Assembly (NCBI GenBank): GCA_963795085.1
Contig: CAWCFX010000001.1
Coordinates: 352,001-416,000, forward strand
DNA length: 64,000 nt
Direction: 5' to 3'
DNA from: an uncultured Gemmatimonadales bacterium
GTDB taxonomy: Bacteria; Gemmatimonadota; Gemmatimonadetes; Gemmatimonadales; GWC2-71-9
Part shown: piece by piece, positions 47,083-58,603 of the stretch
How the letters are laid out: each line of letters opens with the position of its first letter
Numbering within the stretch: the stretch's first letter is position 1
Notes under the pieces: generated by a model
The model's database searches: none
The model's input: the letters and a program-made list of their open reading frames with translations, nothing else
What the model was told of the DNA's origin: nothing
Program-made: the position numbers and the translations under genes

Positions 47083-47582
47083 CCCGCTTCGAGAAGTGGT
47101 CCCTCTGGGTGAGCAGCCTGCTCGCGACGCTGACGGGGTTGGTGTATCTCGGGATGAAATACCTGCTCCCGGCACCGGAGGGTTTGTCCATCCTGCGGCA
47201 CCCGCTGCAGCCGCTGGTTCTCAAGCTTCACATTCTCACGGCGCCGCTGCTCCTTCTCGCGCTGGGTGCCGTGTCGATCCGGCACGTGTGGCGGCACATG
47301 GCGGCCGGGGAGCGGACCGCCCGGGTGAGCGGCTGGTCGGCCGCACTGACCGCGGCGCCGATGATTTTTACGGGGTACCTGCTGCAGGTGGTCACCTCGG
47401 AAGGCTGGCTCCGCGCGGTGGCCATTGCCCATATCGCGGCCAGCCTGGTGTTCGCGGGGGGACTGCTGGGTCACCAGTTCATGGTGCGGGGGCCGCGGGG
47501 AGGGAAGGCGGGCCTCATTGCCCGGGGCGACCGGCGGCCCCGGGGGCCCCGACGTACCATGGCCCGGCGCGCGCCCAGCTGA
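47079..47582 (+). CDS. Four-TM His-rich membrane protein, putative cytochrome b-like
   Basis: Four hydrophobic helices; His pairs in helices 2 and 4 (LHIL...RHVW; AHIA...GHQ); GTGA overlap with upstream gene. Confidence 0.65.
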   Translation: MTRFEKWSLWVSSLLATLTGLVYLGMKYLLPAPEGLSILRHPLQPLVLKLHILTAPLLLLALGAVSIRHVWRHMAAGERTARVSGWSAALTAAPMIFTGYLLQVVTSEGWLRAVAIAHIAASLVFAGGLLGHQFMVRGPRGGKAGLIARGDRRPRGPRRTMARRAPS

Positions 47583-47585
47583 ACG

Positions 47586-48236
47586 TCAGGTGCCGGTGGT
47601 ATCCCGGCGGATGCCGCGGCCCATGACCCGGGCCCGCTCCCGCTGGAGCCGGCTCAGCTTGCCTTCCCACGCGTCGGACGACTGGACCCCGTAGGAAATC
47701 GTAAACGGCTCGAACACGGGGATGGTTTCCTCGAACAGGAAGATCCCGCTGGCCTGCTGGCGGACCTCCAACTGCTGGGAGTTGAAGTTGGCCGAGTAGC
47801 GAACGATCCCGATGGGGCGGTAGAGCTGGTTCCGGATCACGACGCTCAGGTTCTGGGGATCGAACCGGGCTCCGGCGCGGCGGCCGAAAAACGTGACAAA
47901 GAGAATGCCGGGCGAGGTGACCCCGTAGCGCCGCCCGATCGTATCAATCTCGGCCGCGCGGGAGGCCAGGATGCCGTGCAGCGAGACGTAGGCGTCCGGG
48001 GCCAGCAGCCGCAGCACCCGTTCGTCCAGCGGAACGATGCGGATCTCCAGGTCATCCTGCCGGAGCGTGATGGCGATGTCATCCTGGTTGAGCGTGCCAT
48101 AGCCGGGCGGGGGAAGGTCGCCCTGGGGATTCCCGGGGACCGAATCCTGTCCCCGGGCGCCGGGCGCGCAGGCCACCAGCGCCAGCCCAACCAGTCCGAG
48201 CCATCGGGAACGTTTCATCGCCGGCCTGCCTTTCAT
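47586..48236 (-). CDS. Hypothetical lipoprotein
   Basis: Lipobox LVAC; ATG overlaps the engB stop. Confidence 0.7.
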   Translation of the reverse strand: MKGRPAMKRSRWLGLVGLALVACAPGARGQDSVPGNPQGDLPPPGYGTLNQDDIAITLRQDDLEIRIVPLDERVLRLLAPDAYVSLHGILASRAAEIDTIGRRYGVTSPGILFVTFFGRRAGARFDPQNLSVVIRNQLYRPIGIVRYSANFNSQQLEVRQQASGIFLFEETIPVFEPFTISYGVQSSDAWEGKLSRLQRERARVMGRGIRRDTTGT

Positions 48237-48936
48237 CAGTCCACTTTCGCCGCGACCAATGCCGCGACGCTCGCCGCCAGTTCCGCAATTCCCAAGCCGG
48301 TCGCGCTGCTGGTGACCTGGACCTGGTCCTGGTCGAGTCCGAGCATCCGGCTCAGCATCCGGCCCCGGGTGTGCCTCGCGGCATGGGCCAGTTTGTCCCC
48401 CTTGGTGAGCGCCGCGAGGACAGGGTGTCCCCGGCTGGCGAAGTGCTGGGCGATCCGCTCGTCGTCCGGCGTGGGATCGCGGCGGATATCCAGCAGCCAC
48501 ACGATGCCGGCCACGGTGGTCCGTTCCAGGAGGTAGCGGTCCAGGATCTTGAGCACCGCGCTCCGGGTGGGCTTGTCGGCCTTGGCATAGCCGTAACCGG
48601 GCAGGTCCACCAGGTAGAACCCGGGAAGCCGGAAGACGTTCAGCGCCCGGGTCTTGCCGGGCGTGGCACTGACCCGGGCGATCCCCGGGCGGGCCAGCAG
48701 CGCGTTAATCAGGCTGGACTTGCCGACGTTGGAGCGGCCCACGAACGCCACCTCGGGCAGCGGGGGGTCCAGCCGGACGAGGGCATCGGGAAAGGTGCCG
48801 ATGAACTCGACGTCCTCGGACAGCCGGCCCGCCGGGCGGTCGGATCGGGGTGCCGACGCGACGAACCCTCCCGGGCCAGCAGGAGGGTTCGCAGCACCGT
48901 TGCCTTTGGCCGCCTTGCCGCCCGGCCGCCGTGCCG

Positions 48937-48940
<4 letters not shown>
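48236..48940 (-). CDS. engB: Ribosome biogenesis GTPase YihA/YsxC
   Basis: [32 protein letters not shown]. Confidence 0.95.
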
Positions 48941-50193
<1,253 letters not shown>

Positions 50194-50280
50194 GAGTGCC
50201 GTCGCCTAAGGGAGAATCGGGGGGGACAGTAGAAAACTGCCCCTCGCTAACTGGGCCGTCAAGGGCTTTGGGGCGGGCCC

Positions 50281-50898
50281 CTATTTGGGGGGCTCCACCA
50301 CCTGGCTGACCTTGGCGATGACGCTGTCGATCAGGCCATAGCCCTGGGCCTCTTCGGCGCTCATGAACCGGTCCCGGTCCATGTCGCGCTCGATGCTCTC
50401 CACCGGCTGGCCGGTGTGCAGGCTGTAGAGCGAATTGATCTTGGCCCGGAGATAGAGAATCTCCCGGGCCTGGATTTCGATGTCCGAGGCGGTGCCCTGG
50501 GCGCCGCCGGAAGGCTGGTGAATCATGATCCGGGCGTGGGGCAGGGCGCTCCGCTTGCCCTTGGTGCCGGCCGCCAGCAGGAAGGAGCCCATGGACGCCG
50601 CCATGCCCATGCAGATGGTGTTCACCGGGGCCCGGAGGAACTGCATGGTGTCGTAGATCGCCATGCCGCTGGAGACGACGCCGCCCGGGGAGTTGATGTA
50701 GAGATAGATGTCCCGGTCCGGGTTGTCGGCGTCCAGGAAGAGGAGCTGCGCGATGATGATGTTCGCGACGTCGTCGTTGATGGGCGAACCGAGGAACACG
50801 ATCCGGTCCATCAGGAGGCGGGAAAAGATGTCGTAGGTCCGCTCGCCCCTGCTGGAACGCTCGATGATATACGGAGGGTACAGATTGCTGGTGATCAC
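50281..50898 (-). CDS. clpP: Clp protease proteolytic subunit
   Basis: [37 protein letters not shown]. Confidence 0.98.
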   Translation of the reverse strand: MITSNLYPPYIIERSSRGERTYDIFSRLLMDRIVFLGSPINDDVANIIIAQLLFLDADNPDRDIYLYINSPGGVVSSGMAIYDTMQFLRAPVNTICMGMAASMGSFLLAAGTKGKRSALPHARIMIHQPSGGAQGTASDIEIQAREILYLRAKINSLYSLHTGQPVESIERDMDRDRFMSAEEAQGYGLIDSVIAKVSQVVEPPK

Positions 50899-52148
50899 GC
50901 GGTTACCTCTTCGACGGTGGACTGCGCCAGGAGCGCGGTGAAGGCCTTCTCTTCGGTCAGGGCCCGCATCAGTTCGTTCAGGCGGTTGGACTTCTGCAGC
51001 GAGGCGTACAGCTGGCCGGCCGCCACGCCCCGGGCCTCCGCCATGGAACTGATACGCTGGTCCAGTTCAGCCTCGGTGGCCTTGAGGCCATTGGCTTCGA
51101 TGTAGGTGTCCAGTACCAGTTCCCGCTTCACCTGCAGTTCGGCCAGGGGGCGGAATTCTCCCCCAAACGTCTCCAGCTGGGTCTCCGGGATCTCGTAGGC
51201 CTGGGCATAACCCTTGATGACCCGGTCCACCAGGGAAGGCGGTGCCGTGATGTTATTGGCGGCCACCAGCTGCTCGACCAGCTGGTCCCGGACCCGGGCA
51301 TCGGCCTCCCGTTCGGCGTCCCGGCCCAGGTCGGTCCGGAGGGCTGCCCTGAGCGCCTCCAGGCTCTCGAATTCGCCCACCTCCCGGGCGAAGGCGTCAT
51401 CCAGCGCCGGCAGTTCCTGGCTCTTCACCTCGAGGAGCGTGACCCGGACCTTTCGGCTCTGGCCTCTCCGGGATTCATCGGCATGGTCGTCGGGGAACTT
51501 GACCTCTCCTTCGGAGGTTTCGCCCGGCAGCATGGCCATGATCCGCTCCTCCAGGTCGGGGATGGTCTGGCCCTGCCCGATCACCAGCGAATATGGCTGG
51601 GCCGGCCCCGGCTCATCGTCCTGCCAGGTGGCGACCTCCACCTGCACCATGTTTCCAGGGGACGGACGGGCGCCCTCCACCGGGATCCAGCGGGCCTTCT
51701 GTTCCTGCAGCGCCCGGAGCCGTTCGGTGACCTCGCCGTCCGTCACCGGGGGCACGGTACGCTTGAGCGAGAAGCCCCCCGTGCGGGCCAGTGCGAGGGT
51801 CGGTTTCACCTCGACGTGGAGTTCGAACTCCAGGGCGCCGGCCTCGTCGAACTTGAGGTTGTGGATGTGAGGCTGGGCGATCGGCTTGAGGTCGTGGCTG
51901 GACTGGGCCGCCTCCCAGCTCTCCCGGATCACCTCTTCCAGCACGTTCTGCCGGATGGCCTCCTCGAACCGCTTACGAATGACTGCCTCGGGCGCCTTGC
52001 CGGGCCGGAACCCGGGCAACCGGGCCCGCTTGGCGTAATAGCGCACGGCCCGCGCCTCGGCGGCCTTGACCCGGTCCACCGGGACGGTCACCTGCAGCGA
52101 CGCGGAGGCGCCGTCTTCCTTGGTTTTTTGAATCGAGATATCGCTCAT
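50895..52148 (-). CDS. tig: Trigger factor
   Basis: PGFRPGKAP ribosome-binding motif, FKBP-like middle domain, synteny with clpP-clpX. Confidence 0.95.
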   Translation of the reverse strand: MSDISIQKTKEDGASASLQVTVPVDRVKAAEARAVRYYAKRARLPGFRPGKAPEAVIRKRFEEAIRQNVLEEVIRESWEAAQSSHDLKPIAQPHIHNLKFDEAGALEFELHVEVKPTLALARTGGFSLKRTVPPVTDGEVTERLRALQEQKARWIPVEGARPSPGNMVQVEVATWQDDEPGPAQPYSLVIGQGQTIPDLEERIMAMLPGETSEGEVKFPDDHADESRRGQSRKVRVTLLEVKSQELPALDDAFAREVGEFESLEALRAALRTDLGRDAEREADARVRDQLVEQLVAANNITAPPSLVDRVIKGYAQAYEIPETQLETFGGEFRPLAELQVKRELVLDTYIEANGLKATEAELDQRISSMAEARGVAAGQLYASLQKSNRLNELMRALTEEKAFTALLAQSTVEEVTA

Positions 52149-52206
52149 AGCCGGAGAAATGTAGTCAACACCTTGCCTTTTCACCACGATCGCTAAGTTT
52201 CCCGGG

Positions 52207-52578
52207 ATGCCCACAGTCCTGGTGGTGGACGACGAGAACAGCGTCCGGAAGGCGCTGGCAAAAATCCTTGTGCGGGGCGGACTTACGGTGATAGAGGCCG
52301 GGTCGGCCGCGGCCGCGCTGGACCTGGTGGACCAGGGGCCAGCCCCGGATGCCGTCGTGAGCGACGTGCTGATGCCGGGGATGAGCGGATTGGCGTTCTA
52401 TGACGAGCTGATCGGCCGGGACTCCCAGCTGGCCGGACGGGTGATTTTTCTGACCGGAGCGGCGAGGGACCCGGCGATTCACGGGCCGATCGAGGAACGC
52501 GGCGTGCCCCTGATCTCCAAGATTGATGACCTCATGCTGGTGCTCGACGCCGTGAAGCTGGCCCTGCTCAGGCAGTAG
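52207..52578 (+). CDS. Single-domain response regulator
   Basis: VVDDE, SDVLMPGMSG, FLTG, K. Confidence 0.88.
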   Translation: MPTVLVVDDENSVRKALAKILVRGGLTVIEAGSAAAALDLVDQGPAPDAVVSDVLMPGMSGLAFYDELIGRDSQLAGRVIFLTGAARDPAIHGPIEERGVPLISKIDDLMLVLDAVKLALLRQ

Positions 52579-52581
52579 ACG

Positions 52582-52863
52582 TCACTTTTCAATTCCCTCA
52601 ATTCCCTCAATTCCCTCAATTCCCTCAATTCCCTCAATTCCCTCAATTCCCTCAATTCTCTCAGCTCCCTCCACCACGCTTCGAAAATGGGTTGTGTTGT
52701 GGGAGCCGTCGCAGAACGGCTTCTGTTTCGAAGCGCCGCAGCGGCACAGGGCGACGCTCCGGCGGCCGCGTAACTCAATGGGGCGACCCTCGGGATCCAC
52801 CAGTTCAAAGTCACCCTCGATACGAAGGGCGCCGTGGTAATTGACGGTGACGCGACAGGGCAT
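52582..52863 (-). CDS. CDGSH iron-sulfur domain protein with repeat-derived (IEG)n tail
   Basis: ALCRCGASKQKPFCDGSH; the last ~27 codons come from the 9-mer repeat. Confidence 0.88.
   Translation of the reverse strand: MPCRVTVNYHGALRIEGDFELVDPEGRPIELRGRRSVALCRCGASKQKPFCDGSHNTTHFRSVVEGAERIEGIEGIEGIEGIEGIEGIEGIEK
52589..52669 (-). repeat. (GGGAATTGA)n tract, 7 perfect plus 2 degenerate units
   Basis: TCAATTCCC x7 from 52589 to 52651 on plus, then two variants. Confidence 0.95.
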
Positions 52864-52876
52864 GGGATCAATGGTT

Positions 52877-52923
52877 GGAATCAGGGAATTGATAATGAGG
52901 GAATTGAGGGAATTGAGGCAATT
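52877..52923 (+). repeat. (GGGAATTGA)n tract, degenerate, opposite orientation to the 52589 tract
   Basis: GGAATCAGGGAATTGATAATGAGGGAATTGAGGGAATTGAGGCAATT. Confidence 0.85.
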
Positions 52924-52967
52924 TTTGAAAGGGTGGAACGGGTTCCCTCTTGACAGATTCCCTGGAA

Positions 52968-52983
52968 ATGTAAACGTTTACAT
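52968..52983. promoter_or_regulatory. LacI-family operator
   Basis: Perfect 16-bp palindrome ATGTAAACGTTTACAT with central CG, downstream of TTGACA (52950-52955) and upstream of the LacI gene. Confidence 0.85.
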
Positions 52984-53055
52984 ACAGCCTGCCGGACGTT
53001 TTAGTTCCTACTTGAAACAATAGAGTCGTGTCGGGGTTCCTTCACCTGCGGATCC

Positions 53056-54084
53056 ATGGCGGCAAGCGCGACGATCAAACATGTGGCCCGCGAGGCGGGA
53101 GTCTCGGTGGCTACGGTCTCCCGGGTCATGAACGAGAGCGCGCTCGTCGCCGAGGACACTCGGCTGCAGGTGCTGGCCGTCGCCACCCGCATGGGGTATG
53201 TGCCGCACAGCGGCGCCCGCAGCCTTATTACCAACCGCACCCACACCATCGGCATGCTGCTGCCCGACCTCTACGGGGAGTTCTTTTCCGAGTTCATCCG
53301 CGGGGTGGACCAGACGGCGCGGAAACATGGCTATCACATCCTGGTTTCCAGCTCGCACGCCAATCAACAGGACATCGAGGCGGTCCTCCGTTCCATGCGG
53401 GGCCGGGTGGATGGCCTGATCCTGATGGTGCCTGATATCCAGGTGGAGTCCGCCGTGCTGCTCTTTCCCGAGGTCTTCCCCCTGGTGCTGGTGAACTGCG
53501 GAGAGGGTGCCGAGCGGCACCAGGCGATCAATGTCGCCAACTACGATGGCGCGTTTGCCATGGTGAGCCACCTGGTGGCCCAGGGGCACCGGCGCATCGC
53601 GGTCATCACCGGCGGCGACCGCAACTACGATGCGTCTGAACGGCTCCGCGGATACCGCGCGGCGCTGGTGGCGGCGGGAATTCGCGCCGATCCCCAGTGG
53701 GAATTCCAGGGTGATTTCAGCGAGCACTCCGGCTTTCACGCCGCCCAGGACCTGGCCGGCCGGGCCGAGCGTCCATCCGCCATTTTCGCGTCCAACGACG
53801 CCATGGCGATCGGGGCGCTCTCCGCCCTCCGGGCGGGCGGCCTGCGGGTCCCGGAGGACATGGCCGTGGCCGGGTTCGACGACATTCCCATGGCGGCGTA
53901 CGTCGAGCCGCCGCTCTCCTCGGTGCACGTGGATATCAGTGCCCTGGGAGAGCGCGCCACGGTCCGCCTGCTGGACGCGCTCCAGCGGACCGGCGGCCAT
54001 GCACAGGTACTTCGCGAGGTGCTGCCGACTACGCTGGTGGTCCGCCGTTCCTGCGGAGCGCCCCGAGCGCCCCATACCAACTGA
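53056..54084 (+). CDS. LacI-family transcriptional regulator
   Basis: TIKHVAREAGVSVATVSRVMN HTH, SNDAMAIG, GFDDI, PPLSSV. Confidence 0.96.
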   Translation: MAASATIKHVAREAGVSVATVSRVMNESALVAEDTRLQVLAVATRMGYVPHSGARSLITNRTHTIGMLLPDLYGEFFSEFIRGVDQTARKHGYHILVSSSHANQQDIEAVLRSMRGRVDGLILMVPDIQVESAVLLFPEVFPLVLVNCGEGAERHQAINVANYDGAFAMVSHLVAQGHRRIAVITGGDRNYDASERLRGYRAALVAAGIRADPQWEFQGDFSEHSGFHAAQDLAGRAERPSAIFASNDAMAIGALSALRAGGLRVPEDMAVAGFDDIPMAAYVEPPLSSVHVDISALGERATVRLLDALQRTGGHAQVLREVLPTTLVVRRSCGAPRAPHTN

Positions 54085-54124
54085 ATCCCGTTCTGCACGA
54101 TCTACTTTTTCGGAGGGATGCTGT

Positions 54125-57082
54125 ATGCTGAAGACTCGTCACACCTGGCAGCTGAGCCTGGCCGTCGCCGGATTCCTGCTGCTCGCCCTCAGCCCGACCG
54201 GGCTGCACGCCCAGAACACCACCGGCACCATCCGGGGCACCATCACCGACAGTGCCGGCATGGGATTGGCCGGCGCCGAGGTGATCGCGAAGAACGTGAG
54301 CAGCGGGGCCGAGCGGGCGACCACCACCCGCGACAACGGCGCCTACGCCCTGCCGGGCCTGGCGCCCGCCAGCTATGACCTGACGGTGCGGCGGATCGGC
54401 ATGGGCAGCGCAACCCAGCGCCTCCAGGTCGGTATCGGCCAGAACCTGATCGTCAACGTGGTGCTCACCTCCCGTACCATCCAGCTGGAAGAGTTGACGG
54501 TCGCATCCGGCACACCGACCATCGAGACCCGCACCTCGGAGGTGGCCACCAACGTGACCGAACAGCAGATCGAGCGGCTGCCCACTCCCAGCCGCAACTT
54601 CCTCGACCTGGCCGCGCTGGCTCCGGGCATCACGGTCTCGGAGGACCGGATCAACGGCACCGGCTTCCGGACCTTCCAGGGCGGCGGGCAAAGCGCCAAT
54701 GCCGTCAACGTGTTCATCGACGGGACCAGTCTCAAGAATGACCTGACCGGCGGCGGGGTGAGCGGCCAGGACGCCAGCCGTGGCAATCCGTTTCCGCGGA
54801 ACGCCATCCAGGAGTACCGGGTCATCAGCCAGAACTTCAAGGCCGAGTATCAGAAGGCGGGCAGTTCCGTGATTACGGCGACGACCCGCTCCGGCGGGAA
54901 CGACTGGTCCGGCAACGCCTTCGTGACCTTCCAGAACGAGGGCTTCGTGGCGCTGGACACGTTCCAGTTGCGGGACCAGGCGGCCAACCCCTCCACCTTC
55001 ACCCAACCGGACTATTCCCGGCTGCTGGGCGGTGTGAGCGTCGGCGGCCCAATTATCCAGGACCGGCTGCATTTCTTCGGCTCCTTCGAGGTGAATCGGC
55101 AGAACCGGTCCGCCCGGGTCAACTTCACGCCCCCGACCGGTTTCCCCGCCCTCGACACCGTCAACCTCTCCCAGTACAACGGCAACTTCACCTCTCCTTT
55201 CCGCGAGTTGCTTGGCTTCGGCAAGCTGACCTACGCCCTGGGGCCCCGTTCCTCGCTGGAGGCCAGCTTCAACACCAGGCACGAAACCGACGTGCGCGAT
55301 TTCGGGCCTTGCTGCGGCGCCGGGTTCAACGCTTTTACCGAGGCGGTCAATTTCCGTCAGGATGTCACGGTCGCGCAGGCCCGGCACAACTTCTTCTCCG
55401 GTCCCTGGCTCAACGAGGCCAAGGTGGACTATTCCCGGTTCCGCCGGAACCCCAGCCCCAACGAGCCGGGGATGGCGCAGCGGCTGTTTCAGATCCCCGG
55501 GGGCGACTACATCATCGGCAGCAACCGGAGCACCCAGGATTTCATCCAGAAGCGGCTGGGCCTGCGGGATGACCTGACCTACACCGGGTTCCGGGCCGGA
55601 GGCGAGCACGTCATCAAGATGGGCGCCAGCGTCGATTTCGTGACCTATGACATCAACAAGGACAACGACGGGACCCCTCGGTTCCTCTACAACGCCGGTT
55701 ATAACTACGAGCATCCGTTCGAACTCAACTATGGCACCGGTGACCCTCGGCTCAAGAAAAACAACACTCAGCTTGGCCTCTACCTGCAGGACGATTGGAG
55801 CCCCACGCGTCGGCTGACCATCAATGCCGGCGTCCGCTGGGACTTCGAGTCCAAGATGCTGAACTATGATTACGTCACGCCGCAGAACGTGGTCGATACC
55901 CTGATGCGGTACAACGACTCGCTCCCGGCCCCGCTGGACCTGAGCCGGTTCATCAGCGACGGCAACAGCCGGGATCCCTTCTACGGCGCCATCCAGCCAC
56001 GGCTGGGCTTTTCCTACGCCCTCGATCGGAACAACCGGACCACCATCTTTGGCGGCTTCGGGATCTATTACGACCGCTCGCTGTTTGACGTGGCGGTGGA
56101 TGAAACCCTGAAGCTGACCCACCCGCAGTACACGATCCGGTTCGCGGCGCCGGGCCAGATGCCCGGCCCCGGCGAAGTGGCCTGGCAGGACAGCTACCTG
56201 ACGTCAGACCGTGCCGTGCTCGACCAACTGGTCGGGACGTTCGGCACCCCTGAAGCCTGGCTCATCGCGAACGACGCAAAGGTGCCCAAGTCCCGGCAGT
56301 GGAACCTCGGTGTGCGCCGGCTGTTCGGTGATGTCGCCGTGTCGCTGACCTACGCTGGCGTGCGCGGGGTGGACCAGCTCACGCTCAACTGGGCCAACTT
56401 CGGCCTCAACCCCAACGGCACCTGCTGCACCAGCTTCAACCTGGGCGCCCACGGGTTCAGCAACTTTATCTACTCCAGCAACGACGCGAAGACATGGTAC
56501 GACGCGTTGCTGCTCCAGGTTGACCGGCCCTACCGGCGGTCGATGGACAGCGAGTGGGGCTGGGGCGCCGGCATCGCCGTGACCTACGCCGAGCGGCAGC
56601 TGGAAGGCGTGGACAACCTGGGCGACCTGTTTGCCTTCCCCAATACCCAGAACATCCCGAAGCACCCGTCCAACGACGAGCGGGCTCGCATCGTGGCCAA
56701 CTGGATCACCGACGTGCCCTACCTGTTCGGGATCCAGTTCAGCGGGCTCATTACCCTGGGGAGCGGCAACAAGCAGGACATCAGCTGTCCGCCCCGGTTC
56801 TGCTCGGACTACGTCCGCGGCGGATTCTCACCCCCGGGACAGAAATTCCTGGTCTTCGGCAAGTGGGTGTACCGGAACGTGGACATGCGCCTGCGGAAGG
56901 ACTTCCCCAGTCTCCGCGGGACCCGTCTCGGCCTCACGCTGGACGTGTTCAATGTGTTTAATTACGACAACTTCGGCTGCTTCAACACACCGGGCAACCA
57001 GAGCGATCCGAACTTCGGCGCACCCAATTGCGTCGTTTCGGACGCCCGCAGGATCCAGCTCGGCGCCGAGTACGATTTCTAG
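54125..57082 (+). CDS. TonB-dependent receptor (carboxypeptidase-regulatory N-domain, Oar-like)
   Basis: GGAGG SD; signal peptide; GTIRGTITD, RNFLDLAALAPG, AIQEYRV...KAEY, LQDDW, QPRLGFSY, terminal EYDF. Confidence 0.92.
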   Translation: MLKTRHTWQLSLAVAGFLLLALSPTGLHAQNTTGTIRGTITDSAGMGLAGAEVIAKNVSSGAERATTTRDNGAYALPGLAPASYDLTVRRIGMGSATQRLQVGIGQNLIVNVVLTSRTIQLEELTVASGTPTIETRTSEVATNVTEQQIERLPTPSRNFLDLAALAPGITVSEDRINGTGFRTFQGGGQSANAVNVFIDGTSLKNDLTGGGVSGQDASRGNPFPRNAIQEYRVISQNFKAEYQKAGSSVITATTRSGGNDWSGNAFVTFQNEGFVALDTFQLRDQAANPSTFTQPDYSRLLGGVSVGGPIIQDRLHFFGSFEVNRQNRSARVNFTPPTGFPALDTVNLSQYNGNFTSPFRELLGFGKLTYALGPRSSLEASFNTRHETDVRDFGPCCGAGFNAFTEAVNFRQDVTVAQARHNFFSGPWLNEAKVDYSRFRRNPSPNEPGMAQRLFQIPGGDYIIGSNRSTQDFIQKRLGLRDDLTYTGFRAGGEHVIKMGASVDFVTYDINKDNDGTPRFLYNAGYNYEHPFELNYGTGDPRLKKNNTQLGLYLQDDWSPTRRLTINAGVRWDFESKMLNYDYVTPQNVVDTLMRYNDSLPAPLDLSRFISDGNSRDPFYGAIQPRLGFSYALDRNNRTTIFGGFGIYYDRSLFDVAVDETLKLTHPQYTIRFAAPGQMPGPGEVAWQDSYLTSDRAVLDQLVGTFGTPEAWLIANDAKVPKSRQWNLGVRRLFGDVAVSLTYAGVRGVDQLTLNWANFGLNPNGTCCTSFNLGAHGFSNFIYSSNDAKTWYDALLLQVDRPYRRSMDSEWGWGAGIAVTYAERQLEGVDNLGDLFAFPNTQNIPKHPSNDERARIVANWITDVPYLFGIQFSGLITLGSGNKQDISCPPRFCSDYVRGGFSPPGQKFLVFGKWVYRNVDMRLRKDFPSLRGTRLGLTLDVFNVFNYDNFGCFNTPGNQSDPNFGAPNCVVSDARRIQLGAEYDF

Positions 57083-57099
57083 CGACGTGACGCAGTGAC

Positions 57100-57132
57100 G
57101 GCGGCCGGCCCCCGGGCCGGTCGCCGGTTTTT
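57100..57132 (+). terminator. Terminator-like hairpin after the TonB receptor
   Basis: GGCGGCCGGCC...GGCCGGTCGCC stem followed by GGTTTTT. Confidence 0.5.
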
Positions 57133-57157
57133 CTCTCCCCGCTTCCCCGGGTGCCGT

Positions 57158-58582
57158 ATGCCCAAGTTCTCCTGCCGTTTCCGCCGCCTGTTGCTGGTCG
57201 GTCTCCTCGCGGGTTGCGGCGGCAACGCGGGGACCGCCACCGGTCCCGACCCGATCACCCCCCGGGCCGAGGCCTTCCTCGACACCCTCTCCCAGCGGAC
57301 CTTCGCGTTCTTCTGGGAGCGGAGCGATGCCGGCACCGGGCTCACGCCGGACCGCTGGCCCACGCCCTCGTTCGCGAGCATCGCCGCCGTGGGGTTCGGC
57401 CTCACCGCCTATCCGATCGGCGTCGAGCGGGGCTACATCTCGCGGGAAGAAGCGAAGCAACGGACCCTGGCCACCCTCCGGTTCCTCTGGACCGCCCCCC
57501 AGGGGACGGCGGCCTCGGGCATGACCGGGTACCAGGGATTCTTCTACCATTTCCTCAACAGCGACGGCTCCCGCTTCCAGACGGTCGAGCTCTCCACCGT
57601 GGACACGGCCCTTCTGCTGGGTGGGGTGCTGTTCTGCCAGGAATATTTCGACGGCGCCGACGCCGGCGAGGTCGAGATCCGGCAACTGGCCGATTCACTC
57701 TACCTCCGGGTCAACTGGCAATGGGCCCAACCGCGGCCCCCCGGGATCACCATGGGCTGGTACCCGGAGCAGGGCTTTCATCACCTCGACTGGCGGGGCT
57801 ACAACGAGGCGATGCTGGTCTACATCCTCGCCCTCGGCTCACCCACCCACCCGGTGGATTCCACGGCGTGGGACCTGTGGACCGCGGATTACCAGTGGGG
57901 CACGTATTACGGGCAATCCCACCTCGGCTTCGCCCCTCTTTTCGGGCACCAGTACTCCCACATATGGATTGATTTCCGGGGGATCCAGGACGCCTACATG
58001 CGGGGCCGCGGCATTGATTATTTCGAGAACTCCCGGCGCGCCACCGTGGCCCAGCGGGAATACGCGGCCGCCAACCCCAACGACTGGACCGGCTACTCCC
58101 GCGACCTGTGGGGCCTGACCGCCGCGGACGGGCCAATTGATACCACCATCACGGTGCGGGGGAGGCCCCGGCTTTTCTATACCTACTCGGCGCGGGGCGC
58201 CAGCTTCAACGAGGTGCGGGACGACGGGACGCTGGTGCCCACCGCGGCGGGCGGATCCATCCCGTTCGCGCCCGATATCACCATCCCGGCGCTGGTCGCC
58301 CTCCGCGAGCGGGGCGGTGACCACCTGTTCGGCCAGTACGGGTTCCTCGACGCGTTCAACCCCACCTTCCAGTTTCCGGTGACAGTCCGCCACGGCCGGG
58401 TCGTCCCCGGGCTCGGCTGGGTGGATACCGATTACCTGGGCATTGACCAGGGCCCCATTCTCGCGATGCTGGAGAACTACCGGAGCGAGCTGGTGTGGAA
58501 GCTGATGCGGAAGAATCCCTACGTGGTGAGAGGATTGCGGCGGGCCGGCTTCACGGGAGGGTGGCTGGATCAGGCGAACTGA
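57158..58582 (+). CDS. Glucoamylase-family lipoprotein (GH144-like endo-beta-1,2-glucanase)
   Basis: Lipobox LAGC; SIAAVGFGL, GFFYHF, ELSTVDTA, GYNEAM..YILA.GSPTHP, PLFGHQYSH, WGLTA, YGFLDAFN, YLGIDQGP. Confidence 0.82.
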   Translation: MPKFSCRFRRLLLVGLLAGCGGNAGTATGPDPITPRAEAFLDTLSQRTFAFFWERSDAGTGLTPDRWPTPSFASIAAVGFGLTAYPIGVERGYISREEAKQRTLATLRFLWTAPQGTAASGMTGYQGFFYHFLNSDGSRFQTVELSTVDTALLLGGVLFCQEYFDGADAGEVEIRQLADSLYLRVNWQWAQPRPPGITMGWYPEQGFHHLDWRGYNEAMLVYILALGSPTHPVDSTAWDLWTADYQWGTYYGQSHLGFAPLFGHQYSHIWIDFRGIQDAYMRGRGIDYFENSRRATVAQREYAAANPNDWTGYSRDLWGLTAADGPIDTTITVRGRPRLFYTYSARGASFNEVRDDGTLVPTAAGGSIPFAPDITIPALVALRERGGDHLFGQYGFLDAFNPTFQFPVTVRHGRVVPGLGWVDTDYLGIDQGPILAMLENYRSELVWKLMRKNPYVVRGLRRAGFTGGWLDQAN

Positions 58583-58603
58583 GCGGGCGAGGTGAGGGCC
58601 GAA

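Noticed and set aside
39640..47582. Nitrous oxide reductase (nos) cluster suggested by NosD-like, ApbE (NosX-like) and FMN-binding genes
   Set aside because: No nosZ, nosR, nosF, nosY or nosL in the window, and the beta-helix gene is in a different transcription unit
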